64,000 nt of DNA from Camelus dromedarius (lineage: Eukaryota): positions 112,656,001-112,720,000 of the forward strand of contig NC_087436.1 in NCBI RefSeq assembly GCF_036321535.1, read 5' to 3'. How positions within the stretch are numbered: the first letter of the stretch is position 1; each line of letters begins with the position of its first letter. Below the pieces are notes generated by a model. It saw nothing but the letters and a program-made list of their open reading frames with translations. It had not been told where the DNA came from and made no database searches. Of the stretch, positions 25,018 through 38,810 are shown piece by piece. The position numbers were made by a program, and so were the translations under genes.

Positions 25018-25880
<863 letters not shown>

Positions 25881-26899
25881 TATTATCTTCCAAGAGCCAG
25901 CCTATAAAATTTCAATCCTTTTGAATAAACATATTTGAAAATAGATTACGTACATCTCTGCTTTCTTAAGTGAAGTTAATTCAAAGAGGGCACAGCAGGC
26001 CATAAACTAGGCAACCAAAATAAGAATATGTAAGCGCTCAGTGAAGGCCCAAAGCACGTACTCACCTGTCATAGAACACAGAAGCGTTAGTGTCCAGACA
26101 ATACCTATTTTGATGGTTAGAGACATTTGTTTTATTTCTTTCCAGTTTTTTGGAAATTGGAATGGTACTAATTTTTACTAGTACAATTAAGAATCAAATG
26201 TCTTTACTGGACTCTTTTCTATCCTCATTCACTGATGGGGCCAACAAGGTTCAAAGGAGTTAAGTGCCCAGAGACTGATGGCCAGAAAATAATGGAGCTA
26301 AGGTTTGAAACGAGACCTGTCAGGCTGCCGAAGCCCCCTTTCTCAGCCTCATGTCTGTCTTGAGCAACTAACATTGTCAGGTTAGTGCCTTACAGTGGCT
26401 GGTGTGTTACTGAGGTTTACCTAAAGTCAGGTCCGTCAGTGATGATGCTGGAAGGAAAAGAAATGCCTCACAATGTAGAGAGTAACCGTCGAGCTCCGCA
26501 GAGTCCATGGCGCACTTCCCGATGGGAAACCGCACTGATGGTCCTTTAGGAAGAACTGCCTCCCTAGACCTTTCCCTGCAGGAGACGTTCTCCAGCTCTG
26601 AGAATGTTTTATCCTACTTTTTTTTTTTTTGGTTTATTTTTATTTCCCCAAATATGGTGAAATATTTTGGTTTCAGCAGTGCCACCTAACTAGCTTGTCT
26701 CAGTAAAAGTCTAGTGCCAGCCCCGGTTGCAGTTTCGAAGTTGAACGACCCAGAGCCGTGCAGGTCTCTGCCTCCACGCTCCCACCTTCAAGGAGGTCTT
26801 TCTGCCTGATTGATCTCAGTTCAATATTTCAGTGCAGCAAATTTGACAAGCATCCACATAACTAGTTAGACTGCCCTACTTTCTAGTGTCCTGAGATTT

Positions 26900-27490
26900 G
26901 GGTGCGGAGTTGGGAAGACAAGTGGTGTGACCCTGGGCAAGTCATTTAACCTCTGAGCATGTTCATTTCAGTCAACTCACTTCAAAACCACTCACTGAGG
27001 TCCTACTAACTACCATGCCCCAGGCTAGGTCATAGCTAGGTCACACAGGAGTGCAGGTTTTGAAGCTAGACAGACCTGGGTTCATAGGCCAGCCCATCAC
27101 CTCCCTAATCATGTGACCTGGGGATAGCCACTTCCATTCTCTAATATGAGCCGGCACCCAGGACCGTATACCTTCTCCATCACCCGACAGGGATGGATTA
27201 AGCCTCTGTCATGTGTCAGGTGTCCAGCCCTGGGTAAAGTGAACAGCAAACACAGCAACCCTAGACACAGGACAGTGCTCACCACGTGCAGACACTGCCA
27301 TGAGTCTTTGACAGATGTTAACCCAGTTAACCCTTCTGATAACCTGTATATGAGGTAGGCACTCTCATTAGCCCTGTCCTGCAGCCAGGAAATTGGGGCA
27401 TAAAGTCAAACAACTGGCTAAGATCACACAGCTACTAGGTGGCAGAGCCAGGAGTCAAACCCAGGCAGTCTGGGTCCAGAGTCCCTGCCC
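26900..27490. mobile_element. Cluster of MIR (and L2 tail) fragments in both orientations
   Basis: gtgtgaccctgggcaagtcatttaacctctgagc; cagacctgggttca; aagatcacacagctactaggtggcagagccaggagtcaaacccaggcagtctg. Confidence 0.7.
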
Positions 27491-27987
27491 ATCGCCCTGT
27501 GTAAGTTGAGGCTCTCAGTAACCCGACCAGAACTTCAGCAACAAATTCCTGTCTTGTTTCTGCCACTACTCTTGTTCCTTGTCAGCCCATGGCCCTCCCT
27601 GCATGAAACCTCTCAACAGTTCCCCACACCTTCAGAGTCAAGATCAAATTCCCCACTGGAACTCAAAGGCCCACAGATCCTACCCTTGAACAATTTCCAC
27701 CAGCTCAGATCTCACTGAGACACACCCTCCCCCAACCACCACCCCCTGCAAGCTCTTATCACACAAGAACACCCTGGGACCTTGACCTTCTGTGTTTTGC
27801 TTACCCTTCTCCCTCTGCCCTCCCTCCCTCCCCTCCACCCAGCCATGCCCAATTCATTTTTTAACAGAACACCAAGTAGGAATTTTTTTTTATACAGAAT
27901 GTTTACAAAAACAAAACAAACAAAAAAACCTTCCTTGACTTTCTGTTGAGATATAGGTACAAATATCAAAAGTAAAACATTCACATG

Positions 27988-28362
27988 GTATACTTGTTTG
28001 CTAGGGTTGCCATAACAAAGTACCACCCACTGGGGGACTTAAACAACAGAAATTTATTTTCCCACAGTTTGGGAGGCTAGAAGTCCAAGATCAAGGTGTT
28101 GGCAGGATTGGTTTCTTCTGAGGCCTCTGTCGCCGGCTTGTACTCAGCCAGCTTCTCCGTGTCTGCTGTGTGCCTCTGTCTTCCGAGTGCCTGTGTCTCT
28201 TCTTATAAAGAAGACAGTCATGTTGGACTAGGACCCACCCAATAGGACCTCATTTTAACTTAATCACCTCTTCAAAAACTCTAAATAGAGTCACATTTTG
28301 AAGTACAAGGGGTTAGGACTTCAGTATGTGAAATTTAGGGGGACACACTTCAGCCCACCACA
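27988..28362 (-). mobile_element. MLT1A-type MaLR solo LTR
   Basis: gggttgccataacaaagtaccac...ttaaacaacagaaatttattt...gaagtccaagatcaaggtgttggcagg...gttaggacttca. Confidence 0.85.
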
Positions 28363-30439
28363 CGTGGTTAGAAAACCAACGCATTTCCTCCCCCCTTCTC
28401 TCATGACTTTCCCCATAGGAAACCACTCCAAACAGTTTCTTGGGATTCCCACCTGCTTAATGTATATGCATTGACTATCCCCTCTGCCATGAAAATCACC
28501 CAGAGAAAAGTGACTATGACTTCCACAGTGTTGCATCTTGCCTCTTCCTCTCAGTGACATATCTTGGGTCTCTTTCTGGAGTAACATGTTCGAACCTGCC
28601 TCACTCTTCACGGGCTACAGTGTCTCCAGCACAGAGAGGTACCTCCTTGAGCCAGCCCCTGTGGATAAGCAGCTGGTCTCCTAAGCTTCCACCATCACAA
28701 ACAAAGCTGCGGGGGAGGCCAGCACACGTGGGTCTGGGCAAACTTTTCCCAGTAAATTCGTAGGCTAAATTCCCACCAGGTGGATCCCTGCAGCCTGCAC
28801 ACTGGGTTGTGCCAAATTTCCACCAGCACCCCGGTTTATGCTCCACCAAGCATGGATGAGACAGCCTACTCTGATGTGCGTCAGCTCATTTTTGAAACCG
28901 AGTTTCAAATTCTTTGTAATTTCCTCTGCTGAGTCCTGACGGTTCAGGGTGAGCTGAACAGTCGTGCCCACCCTTCGGGTCCCGCAGGGCCCTTCTGCCA
29001 GGACAGCTTCCTGCGTGCATTTACTTAGCTCTGTGTTCCTCAAGGGCAGAGGAAAGCCGGCTTCACCTCTGTACACCCAGTGCCTTGATCATAGCAGGTG
29101 CTCATTAAACTTTACTGACCTGCCTATTGGCTCCTCCAGGAGCATCCTAATCTTAGAATCCTGGGAGTCTGGGTTGGGGATAATGTTTCATTCACCTGCA
29201 TTTCTCCAGGCCTGAGCCCAGCACCTGGTGTGGTCATGGATTCAAAGGAGAGTTCTAGAATGGAGCAGTTCCCAAGAAGCCTTGTCAACGTGATGGGCTA
29301 ACTCAGCTTGTCTTTACAGCTGTCCCTTCTGCCTCTTGAGAGGGGCAGAGAGAAGAAGGAAGGAAGGATGGAGAGGCATCCAGAGCCCTGAGCTCTCAGG
29401 AACCCCATTTTGCTGATGGCTCACGACCAAGCTCCGTGGGATCAACCAAGTGCCTATTTCATGGAGTGCCGCCGGCAAGGGAGGAGGGGGCTGCCCTGTT
29501 ATTACTTCCCCCGGGCAGACAACTTCCACCTGCCAGTTAGAAATGAACTCACTACTCTCTTATTTCATGCAAGACATTAAGGGGGAATTTTTATGACATT
29601 CTCTACTAAAACCTTGGAAGAAAGCAAGCCAGCATTTTCCCTTTTTTTTTTTGAGCAAGAGCTTGGAAAGTGTCAATGTACATTTTCCTCTTCCCAGATA
29701 GAGAGCACCTTCTGGGGACACACAGACCTTGGTACAACTTTGCTTAAGGACCATAGACAAGAGCCTCAGCTCTTCCATTTGAGGGGCTCTTTAATTTAAC
29801 TTCCTTCCTCTGGGGGCCCCCCGGACCTCTCTGTCAACTGGAAGTACCACAAATTCTGGCAGAGGAAAGAGCGGATAATATTGGAGCAGGTGCTGGTGTG
29901 CTGGCTCCAGCGTTTGGCTAAAAACAATTCAGTTGAAAACCCAGCCAGCGGACAAAACCACCCGGCTAAAATGAAGACATGTCAAAACCGAAGGGCGCCA
30001 CGTCCTGTGTTTTCAGCCCATACTGGTCGTTTGGATGCACTGGGTCATTTTGAACGTTTTGAAATTTGTCTTTAATCATTTTAGCATAATTTAGAATTTC
30101 TCAGGTTTAAAGAAAAGAGATTCCAATGCTTTGTTATTTATTCCTAATTCAATTTTAGCTTATTGTGATGATTTGTTTGGACTGCAAAACCAAAAAGACC
30201 GAACAATCCAAATAACTAACAACAGAGATTAGTTACAACAACCTGAAAGTCCTGCGGGGAATTGATTGGAAACCACCTAAACATCTCAGAACTGGTGGCT
30301 GGCGACAGCAAACTGTGGAGGGCTATCATATAATATTTACGGTAAGATCAAAGTTTACAGAAAACAGTATTTATACACATGTGTGGATGCATGGAAAATA
30401 ATCTGAATTACACACCTGGTCTGCTCCCCACCCCTCGAC

Positions 30440-31070
30440 ATTTCCAGGGTTCAGGCAAAAGTACAGACAGGGTCTGACATCCCATATGTATAAATATTTA
30501 GAAGTTATAGATTAAACTAACAAACTGTTTAAAAAAGGTCTATTCTTTCCTTAACAAAGTTACTTTTCTAATGACTCAGAAGGCTAGGGTGAAATGCAGA
30601 ATTCTTAGACTCCTCAGAGCTCCGAGCTGGAGAGTGGAACCATGAAACAGGGCAGTATTTCCTTCTCCCCCTTCACCCCCCAGGGCTTGCTTGGTTCAGT
30701 CCCCGGCTCCCACCCCCCAGGCCCTCAGCCCCCAGCCCCCAGCCTGTCCCCTTCTCCTGTCACCCAGAGCTCCATCCCACGGCAGGAGCAGCCTCACACA
30801 CATGTGTGAACCACCCCACCTGCTCATCCCAGTTCTGTCCAACCCCACTAATAGCCACTGCTGGGTGCCCTTTGGGACTGGGGTGCCCCCTTGGCCCCCT
30901 TGTAAGGCTGGACCAAGGAAACAGTCCATGCAAGTGGAGAGTGGGCTTGGGACATTTGGGCAATGAACTCGATCTTGGGCACCCATGGGAGTTCCAGAAG
31001 GAGAGTGGGCACTAGCTTTCAGTGGGTCTAACACCACGGGTCCACAAACTCCTTCCCTGGTGGACAGAGG
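30440..31070 (+). mobile_element. hAT-Tip100 DNA transposon fossil (MER115-like)
   Basis: agaattcttagactcctcagagctccg...cacacatgtgtgaaccacccc...ggacatttgggcaatgaactc, matching a recalled consensus. Confidence 0.5.
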
Positions 31071-31094
31071 CTGGTATCATGGAGTTTAGGGCAG

Positions 31095-32880
31095 TGGGTT
31101 AACTTCCTTTTGCTGCTATAACAAATGACCACAAACTTCTCACAGACTTCAGACAACACTACAGAGCTACAGTAATCAAGGCAGCATGGTATTGGTACAA
31201 AAACAGACATATAGACCAATGGAACAGAATAGTGAGCCCAGAAATGAACCCACAAACGTTTGGTCAACTAATCTTCAACAAAGGAGGCAAGAATATACAA
31301 TGGAATAAAGACAGTCTCTTCAGCAAATGGTGTTGGGAAAACTGGACAGCAGCATGTAAATCAATGAAGCTAGAACACTCTCTTACACCATACACAAAAA
31401 TCAACTCAAAATGGATCAAAGACTTAAACATAAGACAAGACACAATAAACCTCCTAGAAGAAAATATAGGCAAAACATTATCTCACATACATCTCAAAAA
31501 TGTTCTCCTAGGACAATCTGCCCAAGCAATAGAAATAAAAGCAAGAATAATCAAATGAGACCTAATTAAACTTATAAGCTTCTGCACAGCAAAGGAAACC
31601 ATAAATAAAACAAAACGACAACCTATGGAATGGAACAAAATTTTTGCAAATGAAACCGACAAAGGCTTGATCTCCAGAATATATAAGCAGCTGATATGAC
31701 ATCATAAGAAAAAAACAAACAACCCCATCCAAAAATGGGCAGAAGACCTAAATAAGCAATTCTCCAAGGAAGAAATACAAATGATCAATAAGCACATGAA
31801 GAAAATGCTCAACATCACTAATTATCAGAGAAATGCAAATCAAAACTACAATGAGGTATCACCTCACTCCAGTCAGAATGGCCATCATTCAAAAGTCCAC
31901 AAATGACAAATGCTGGAGAGGCTGTGGAGAAAAGGGAACCCTCCTACACTGCTGGTGGGAATGCAGTTTGGTGCAGCCACTGCGGAAAGCAGGATGGAGA
32001 TTCCTCAAAAGACTAGGAGTAGACTTACCATATGACCCAGGAATTCTGCTCCTGGGCATATATCCAGAAGGAACCCTACTTCAAAATTACACCTGCACCC
32101 CAATGTTCATAGCAGCACTATTTACAACAGACAGACATGGAAACAGCCTAAATGTCCATCAACAGATGACTAGATAAAGAAGCAGTGGTATATTTATACA
32201 ATGGAATACTATTCAGCCATAAAAACCAACAACATAACGCCATTTGCAGCAACATGGATGTTCCTAGAGAATGTCATTGTAAGTGAAGTAAGCCAGAAAG
32301 AGAAAGAAAAATACCATATGAGATCACTCATATGTGGAATCTAAATAAATAAAAAAAAAAAACCAAAAACCATAAATACAAAACAGAAACAGATTCATAG
32401 ACTGAATGCAAACTTGTGGTTGCCAAGGGGGCAGGGAGTCAGAAGGGACAGACTGGGATTTAAAAATATAGAATAGATAAACAAGATTATAGTATATAGC
32501 ACAGGGAAATATATACAAGATCTTGTGGTAGCTCACAGTGAAAAAAATGTGTAACAATTAATATATGTATGTTCATGTATAACTGAAAAATTGTACTCTA
32601 CACTGGAATTTGACACAACATTGTAAAGTGACTATTACTTAATAAAAAAAAATGTTAAAAAAAAAAACACAAACTTAATGGCTAAAACTAGCAAAAAATT
32701 ATTATCTTACAGTTCTGGAGGTCAGAGGTCCAACACAGATCTCACTGGATAAAATCAAGGTGTCAGCCAAATGATGTTTCTTTCTTTTATCTCTAGGGGA
32801 GAGTCTGTTTCCTTGCTTTTTTCATCTTTGAGAGGCTGCCTTGGTTCATGGCCTCTCCTCCATCTTCAAAGCAAGGAATG
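31095..32880 (-). mobile_element. MLT1 MaLR LTR split by an L1 (MLT1 parts 31095-31138 and 32668-32880)
   Basis: tgctgctataacaaatgaccacaaactt resumes after the L1 as aatggctaaaac...tttattatcttacagttctggaggtcagaggtcc. Confidence 0.8.
31139..32667 (+). mobile_element. Young 5'-truncated LINE-1 (ORF2 C-terminus, 3' UTR, poly-A)
   Basis: ORF2 peptides [19 protein letters not shown] and [19 protein letters not shown]...LLHCWWEC, with stops. TSD CACAAACTT at 31130-31138 and 32668-32676. Confidence 0.95.
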
Positions 32881-32884
32881 CGGG

Positions 32885-33372
32885 CAACTGTTTTTACTGT
32901 GGTCTAGAGATTTCTGGGAGGTCCCTGAGACCCTTTCAGGGGTTTCATAAAGTCCAAGCTATTGTCTTAATACACTAAGATGCCATTTACCTTTTCATGC
33001 CCCCCTCAGGGGTGGACGGTTCAGGTTTCCAGAGGTACAGTAATATCACGGCAGACTGAATATAGCCACAGGGAGGAGCAGCCCACTGGCTTCCACTAAG
33101 CCAGATGTGAAAGAGATTTGCAAAAATGTAAAACAATGTCATTATTCTAGTTACGTTTTGTTTGAGGAAATATAGTTACTTTTCACAAAAATGTTTCTGT
33201 TAACATGTCATAGGTTTATTAATGTTTAAAATAATTTAAAATTTTTTCTTATTTTTGACTTCAAATACAGTAAATACTAATAGCTATAAGTCACAGAAAC
33301 AAGAAATGTTAGGGGATTTCAATAATTTTTAAGAGTGTGAAGAGGTCCTGAGGCCAGATTGCTTGACCCCTG
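32885..33372. mobile_element. hAT-Charlie non-autonomous DNA transposon (Charlie4a-like)
   Basis: gtccctgagaccctttcagggg...aagagatttgcaaaaatgtaaaacaatg...aataatttttaagagtgtgaagaggtcctgag. Confidence 0.7.
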
Positions 33373-33721
33373 AGCCTGGCAGTCAAGGGCAGGGTCACAT
33401 CCCTCCCAGAAGGACTTGGTGAGGCTGGACAGGCCTGGCAGGGCTGGAGTCCAGGTGGGGGGACCAGTGATGGAAGAGGGTGACAAGTGGGCAGAGGACT
33501 GCAGGAGGGTCTCCCAAGCTGCCAAAGGAAGCCCCTTAAGGCATAAAGAAGGGTGAGCTGGCTGAAAGGTCACATTAAAGAGCTCACTTTCTCTGCTCCC
33601 AGAATAGTTTGGAAGGGATGTTTTCAGTAGGTGCACTTCGAGGGGTGCGGGGCTCCTTGTCACCACCTACAACTCAGGAAATTGGTTTCAAGCTCCAAAG
33701 CAAATCTGGTATAAAGAAGAT

Positions 33722-33905
33722 GATGCTTAAGAGAGTAGATCTTAAAAGTTCTCACCCTAAGAAAAAACAGTTGGAACTCTGTGTGGTGATGGATGTCAGC
33801 TAGAATTATGCGGTGGCCATTTCACAGTACATAGATACGCGAATCATTCTGTTGTGCACCTGAAAGGAACATAAGGTTCTGTCAATTATATTTCATTTAA
33901 AAAGA
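33722..33905 (+). mobile_element. LINE-1 (L1MA-like) 3' tail
   Basis: agagagtagatcttaaaagttctcacc...ctgtcaattatatttc. Confidence 0.7.
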
Positions 33906-33974
33906 GAAGATGCTTTATTGATAGAAATGTACAGTTCTTTTAAAAATAAAAAAGGACAAGATATTGGTTCAGTC

Positions 33975-34175
33975 GCTTTGGAGGTAAAGGACTGTGGATT
34001 GTAAGTTTGACTTTGCCACTTACTGGCAGTAGTGGGCATGCAGTTCTGACCTTTCTGATCCTCAGTTTCCCCATCTACAAAATGGGAATTAAAAATAGCC
34101 CCTGCTTCTTAGGGTTGTTGTGAGAATCAAAGGAGCAGGTGCATGAAAAGTACTCACCACGGTGGTCAGTAAATC
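33975..34175 (+). mobile_element. MIR SINE
   Basis: cctcagtttccccatctacaaaatggga...agggttgttgtgagaat. Confidence 0.75.
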
Positions 34176-34345
34176 GCCTTTTTTTTTTAATGGTGTTGGG
34201 TAGTGTCCCTTTGGAGGTGGCCATCTCTGTCAAGAAACCTTTATCATTCTTTCTAAATTCACGTTCTTTCTCCTGTCCTGGCCGATTTAGTTACCCACTT
34301 GGCAGCAGCAGTTTTGGGGAGTGGCTTACACACTTGTTTGGTCAC

Positions 34346-34700
34346 ACCTGGGGAACGGAACCGGGCAGGGGCAGGACACACCCTGGGCTCAGCGACCAGC
34401 CCTGCCCTGACCTTGGGGAATGGAACCCTGGCAGGGGCAAGACAAGCCCTGGGACCAGGGACCGGCCCTGCCCTGCCCCGCCCCACCCCGCCCCACCCCG
34501 CCCCACCCCGCCCCGCCCGTGCCCGGGTCCCGCCCCACCGCCTGATGTTGCCCCATGCACCCCGGCCAATCAGCAGGGCCACCGCCCTTGCCAGGTACCT
34601 GGCTGGCACCTGCTCCAGCTCGCATCTGCATCTAACTGGGCGGGATGCAGGAGCGCGCTCTTCCGGCCCTCACCTTCTCCACCTGCCCTCGCTCCCTGGC
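34346..34700. promoter_or_regulatory. GC/CpG-rich promoter-like element with no linked gene identified
   Basis: Two diverged 64-bp units (starting 34346 and 34410), eight CCCC(A/G) pentamers at 34476-34515 containing several GC boxes, GGCCAATCAG at 34564-34573 and an ETS-like CTTCCGG near 34660. Confidence 0.5.
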
Positions 34701-35497
34701 CTCCTCAGAGTCCGGACTCCCACCCTTGCTGTCATCTCACCCACCCTTCCTTCTGACCACCCCCTCCCCTTCAAAGGCGGGAATCTTAATTCCTAGGGGT
34801 GGGGGATGGGTAGGAGAGGAAGGGAGCAACCCACAGCAGGACATTTTTTACAAGGCTGGCCTTGAACCAGCTTTTACTATTTTTTTCATAAGACGGAAAC
34901 TGGTTTTTCCTGTTTCACTGGCAAAGATTGTTACAGAGAGATGTCTGCCCTGCATGGAAGAGGAAATGAAAATGGGGAAAATTAGCTGCATGTGGAGACA
35001 ATTGAAGGAGGGTGTGATGGACAAAGGTCACAAGGTGTGACTGGCACACTTGCCCCAGTTCCCAATTCCTTAGAACCAGGGGCGTCATCTGACTTTGAGA
35101 TGATTGCAGGGGAAGACCGTGTCTCCGCTGTACGTCCTCTAGAGGACTTACAGAATAGCAGCTATCCTGCTCAGATGCTGCTTTACATCATCTCGCTTAC
35201 TCTTCTTGCCTGGGAGGTTTGTATCGTTGCTTCCCATTTGCAGGTGAGGAACTTGAGGTCCAGGTAGGATGACTTAAACAACTAGTAAGTGACAGAGCCA
35301 GAAAGCAAGGCTCTTGGGGTAACCACTCTGCTTTCTCACCTCCCTTACGCGGTAATGGATGGGCTGACATCCAGCAGGGAGCCATTATAGGACTCTTCCT
35401 GGGCAGAGGACAAAAACAGAGCATAGGGAAATACCATTTTGATGGTGACTGTCTGGCACATTTTGTCTTCAGAGCAGCCCATCAGAAAATCCCATGA

Positions 35498-36340
35498 TTT
35501 ATTCATTCATTCAGTCAACAAACATGCGTCGAGTCCTTCTATGAGCCAGGCGTCTTACTAAGGCAATGCAATAGTCAGACTTAATTCCCTGCCCTCGTGG
35601 AGCTGAGATTCTAGTAGTTGGGGGTGGGTGCGGGGAGAGAAAGGCCATAAACAATAAATGTAAGAAAATAATCATTTAATTATAGAGTAAGATAGGAAAA
35701 AGCAGAGCATGTTAAGGGGGATTGAAAGTATAGGAGAAGTGGGAGCAGGTTGCAATTATAAATAGGGTTTTCAGGGCAGGGTTCGCTGAGAAGATAGCAA
35801 GGGTAGGAGCTGTCTTAGGAAAGAGTTTTCCAAGCAAGAGGGTGTGGCCAGGGCAATGGCTCTGAGATTGGAGTGTAGCTGGACCAACTAGGAAGCTAGT
35901 AGGGATGGAAAGAAGGGAAGGCGTGAGCAGGGAGAGAATGGTAGGATGTAAGGTCTGGGGAGTGGAGGATGTGTCGTGTCCTGTAGGATCTTGAAGGTCA
36001 TTATAAAGACTAACTTTCACTTTGGGTGCCATGGAAGGCCACTGGGGAGTGACATGATCTGCCTTTCATCTGAACAAGATCACTCTACCACCGTGCTGAG
36101 AGGAGCACGCAGGGAGTCGTGGGTCGACACTGAACAGCAGGTTAGAGGCGTTCCCCACCGTCCAGCTGAGAGACGATGGTGGCCAGGGACCAAGGTGGCA
36201 GCAATGAAGTGGAGAGAAGGACCTCGATTTGGGATCTACTCTAAAGATAAAGTCAATAGAATTTGGTGATGGACTGGATGTGAGTCATGAACAAGAGGGG
36301 TCAACGGTGATTTGAAGGTTTGACCAAACCGAAAGAGTTG
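35498..36340 (-). mobile_element. LINE-2 3' region
   Basis: ttattcattcattc tail, ccctgccctcgtggagctgagattctagt, gccatggaaggccactgg...tggtgatggactggatgtg. Confidence 0.8.
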
Positions 36341-37779
36341 AGTTGCTCCCCCGAAGTCAGGAAGTGCTGTGAAACAGCGTTAGTGGTGGGATTAGGAGTT
36401 CACTTTTGTTTCTCACCCGCTGTGCAGACACCTGAAGGCACAGGCGCGCTGGGTGCGGGCTTTCCCTGTGCTCCAGTGCCGTTTCATGACATTGTGCTTT
36501 CACACCGCCTTATGCTCCCAGCTTCCTTTCTACCGCTGGTGCCTAGTAAATTTCTACTTTTCTTTAACATCTTAGGTAAATGGCATCCTTCAAAGAATCC
36601 TCTGTTGACACTAAGTGCCGGGGGCCATTCTCTCAACCCCTTTAGTCTCTGCCACCTAATATGATTCTGTGAGGTCATTTGGGATTCACTGTTTTCTTGA
36701 GGTTTGCTAGCTCCCTGGAGATGTCTCAAAAGGTCAACGCTCATGCCTTACCTCTTGTATCTCACAGGGTACCTAACACACAGGGGCTTGGCTCTTGGTG
36801 GGACTTGATCAGAGCTTGTTGACTGAGCTGCTTCTGTACGTTGTAGTGGAAATGATCACTGACATGGCGAATGGCCGTTTCGGATGGGAATCGCAGGTTT
36901 GGGATCATGGAGTCAGCACTTCTCTAGCTTGAAGGTCCTGTCATCAGATGAGAAACTTGGGTCCCAGAGAAGGTAACTGGTCCGAGGTCTTTTCGGGAAT
37001 TAGAGAGCCAGGACTAGGACATAGCTGCTCTCATTCTTTAGCATAATCTGCAAAATTCTGTTTGCCATGTAGAATAACACAAGCACAGATTCCAGGAACT
37101 GGCACATGGACATCTCTGGGGAGTCAGGATTCTGCCAACCTTCATAGGAATGTGTTATCCTATCTAGAGTCCCATTAGGAAACTGTCCTCTCAGTGAAGC
37201 TGTTTCAGGAGGTATATACTTGAATTGTAGAGGGAAGCAGTTGGCCAACAGTGTGCCTCAGAGCGACCTGAGTGTAAGGGGAGCAGATTAAAAAATGCAG
37301 CTGCCAGAGCCCCTCCCCAGCCATTCTGACTCATCAGATCAGAGCTGGTGGCTGCCATATTTGGTCCCCTTTCCTCAGGCGGAAGTGAATGAATCACACT
37401 TGCCCAAGCTTGAGACCCTTCCCTTGAGGACACAGGTGAGAGAGAACAGGTAGAAGCTCGTTTTCCTGGTCCCCTTCTGAAGTCCTTCCTCTCAAGGGTA
37501 CTTATGTGGCAGAATCACTTCCCAGTTTGTCAACAGTCACCGGCAAGAATGAACATGCCGGCGACAGTCAGGACGAGTGAGCTTCTTCAAGGGGATGGTA
37601 CTGGCAGATCTCCTTCCTCAGGAGACAGCGAACTTCTTCCCCCTAGGTCATCCATAAAAAAGGAGGGGACAACAAGACCTCTTTGCAAGCTTTCTTCTTG
37701 CAATATTTAGTATTTCAATTATAGGAACATATTGTTTGTTTTTTTTTTTTCAGTTAAAAAGGAATCGTGCCCTGAATAG

Positions 37780-38078
37780 CCAAGTGGGGCTAATCTAATC
37801 ACACGACCCCTTAGACAAGGAGAACCTTCAGAGGGAGACTTGACTATGGAAGAATGGTTGGAGAGATGCAATGGCTATGGAGGATGAAAAAGGCAAGGAA
37901 ACAGACTCTCCTCTAGAGCTTCCAGAAGGGAATGCAGCCATACCGACACCTCGATTTTAGCCCAGTGAAACCTGGATAGGACTTCTGACCTCCAGAACTG
38001 TAAGATAATAAATTTGTCTTGTTTTAAATCCCTAAGTTTATAACAACTTGTTATAGTAGCAATTGGAAATGGAAACAT
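37780..38078 (+). mobile_element. MLT1 MaLR LTR fragment
   Basis: ctctagagcttccagaagggaatgcagcc...ttttagcccagtgaaacc...cttctgacctccagaactgtaagataataaatttgt. Confidence 0.8.
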
Positions 38079-38099
38079 AAGTATTCTGGGCAAAGGTGT

Positions 38100-38810
38100 T
38101 CAATGTGAATCTAATCAAATGTCTATACTTCATCTAGATTGCAGGAAACGCAGGGACTAAAGGAACAAGTCAAATGACACCAGGAGGAAACACCAGACAA
38201 AGGAAGAATGTAGCACATTCTTGAAGACAGCTGGCCTAGATTATTGTATTAAAAAAGCAATGTTATGGAAAACAAATCCAGGAGGGGCTGCTTTGGATTA
38301 AAATAGACAAATGAGACGTAACCAAAAGCCATGTGGGGTACTTGGTTAGATCCTGATTCAGAAAAAGAGGAGGAAAAAAACAGAAAACACTTTCTTAAGG
38401 CAAATGGAGGAGTTTTAATATTTTTATTTTTATTATTTATTATTTTTTACTATTTATTGTAGTCCATGTACTAAATTAGATGATAGAATTATTGTAAATA
38501 TTCTTAGGTGTGCTAATGGAGTTATAGTTAGTAGAATATCCCTGGAAAATGCTTGCTGGAATATTTAAACATAAAGTATAGTGTCCAGCTTACTTTCAAA
38601 TATTTTTGAAAAAATAAACAATAGAAGGAAGGGAAAAAGGGTGTGTAAGGGAAGGGAGAGAGAAAACTAGGGTAAGGAAAGAGAAAGAAAGAATGTAAAT
38701 ATGACAAAATGTTAACTCCTGTTCAATCGGGGAGGAGGGTTTCTGCATACATTGCATAGTCTTTCAATTTTCTTATATTTGAAGATATTCATAGTAAAAC
38801 TTGAGGTGAG
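38100..38810 (+). mobile_element. Old L1M (L1MC/L1ME) 3' end
   Basis: atctagattgcaggaaa...ttggttagatcctgattc...tcttaggtgtgctaatgg...ctttcaattttct. Confidence 0.6.

Noticed and set aside
27431..27445. CTCF-like GCTACTAGGTGGCAG (also CCACCAGGTGACGA at 52414-52427)
   Set aside because: Imperfect matches, and the first is ordinary MIR sequence. Cannot be supported without ChIP data.
31232..32177. L1 ORF2 ORFs as functional genes
   Set aside because: 5'-truncated, with stops and frameshifts; the same applies to 49708-49932 and 53736-54094.
34139..34796. Overlapping long ORFs (205, 165 and 116 aa) rich in Pro/Arg/Gly
   Set aside because: They are a by-product of the GC-rich repeat, which lacks stops in several frames on both strands. 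No recognisable domain.
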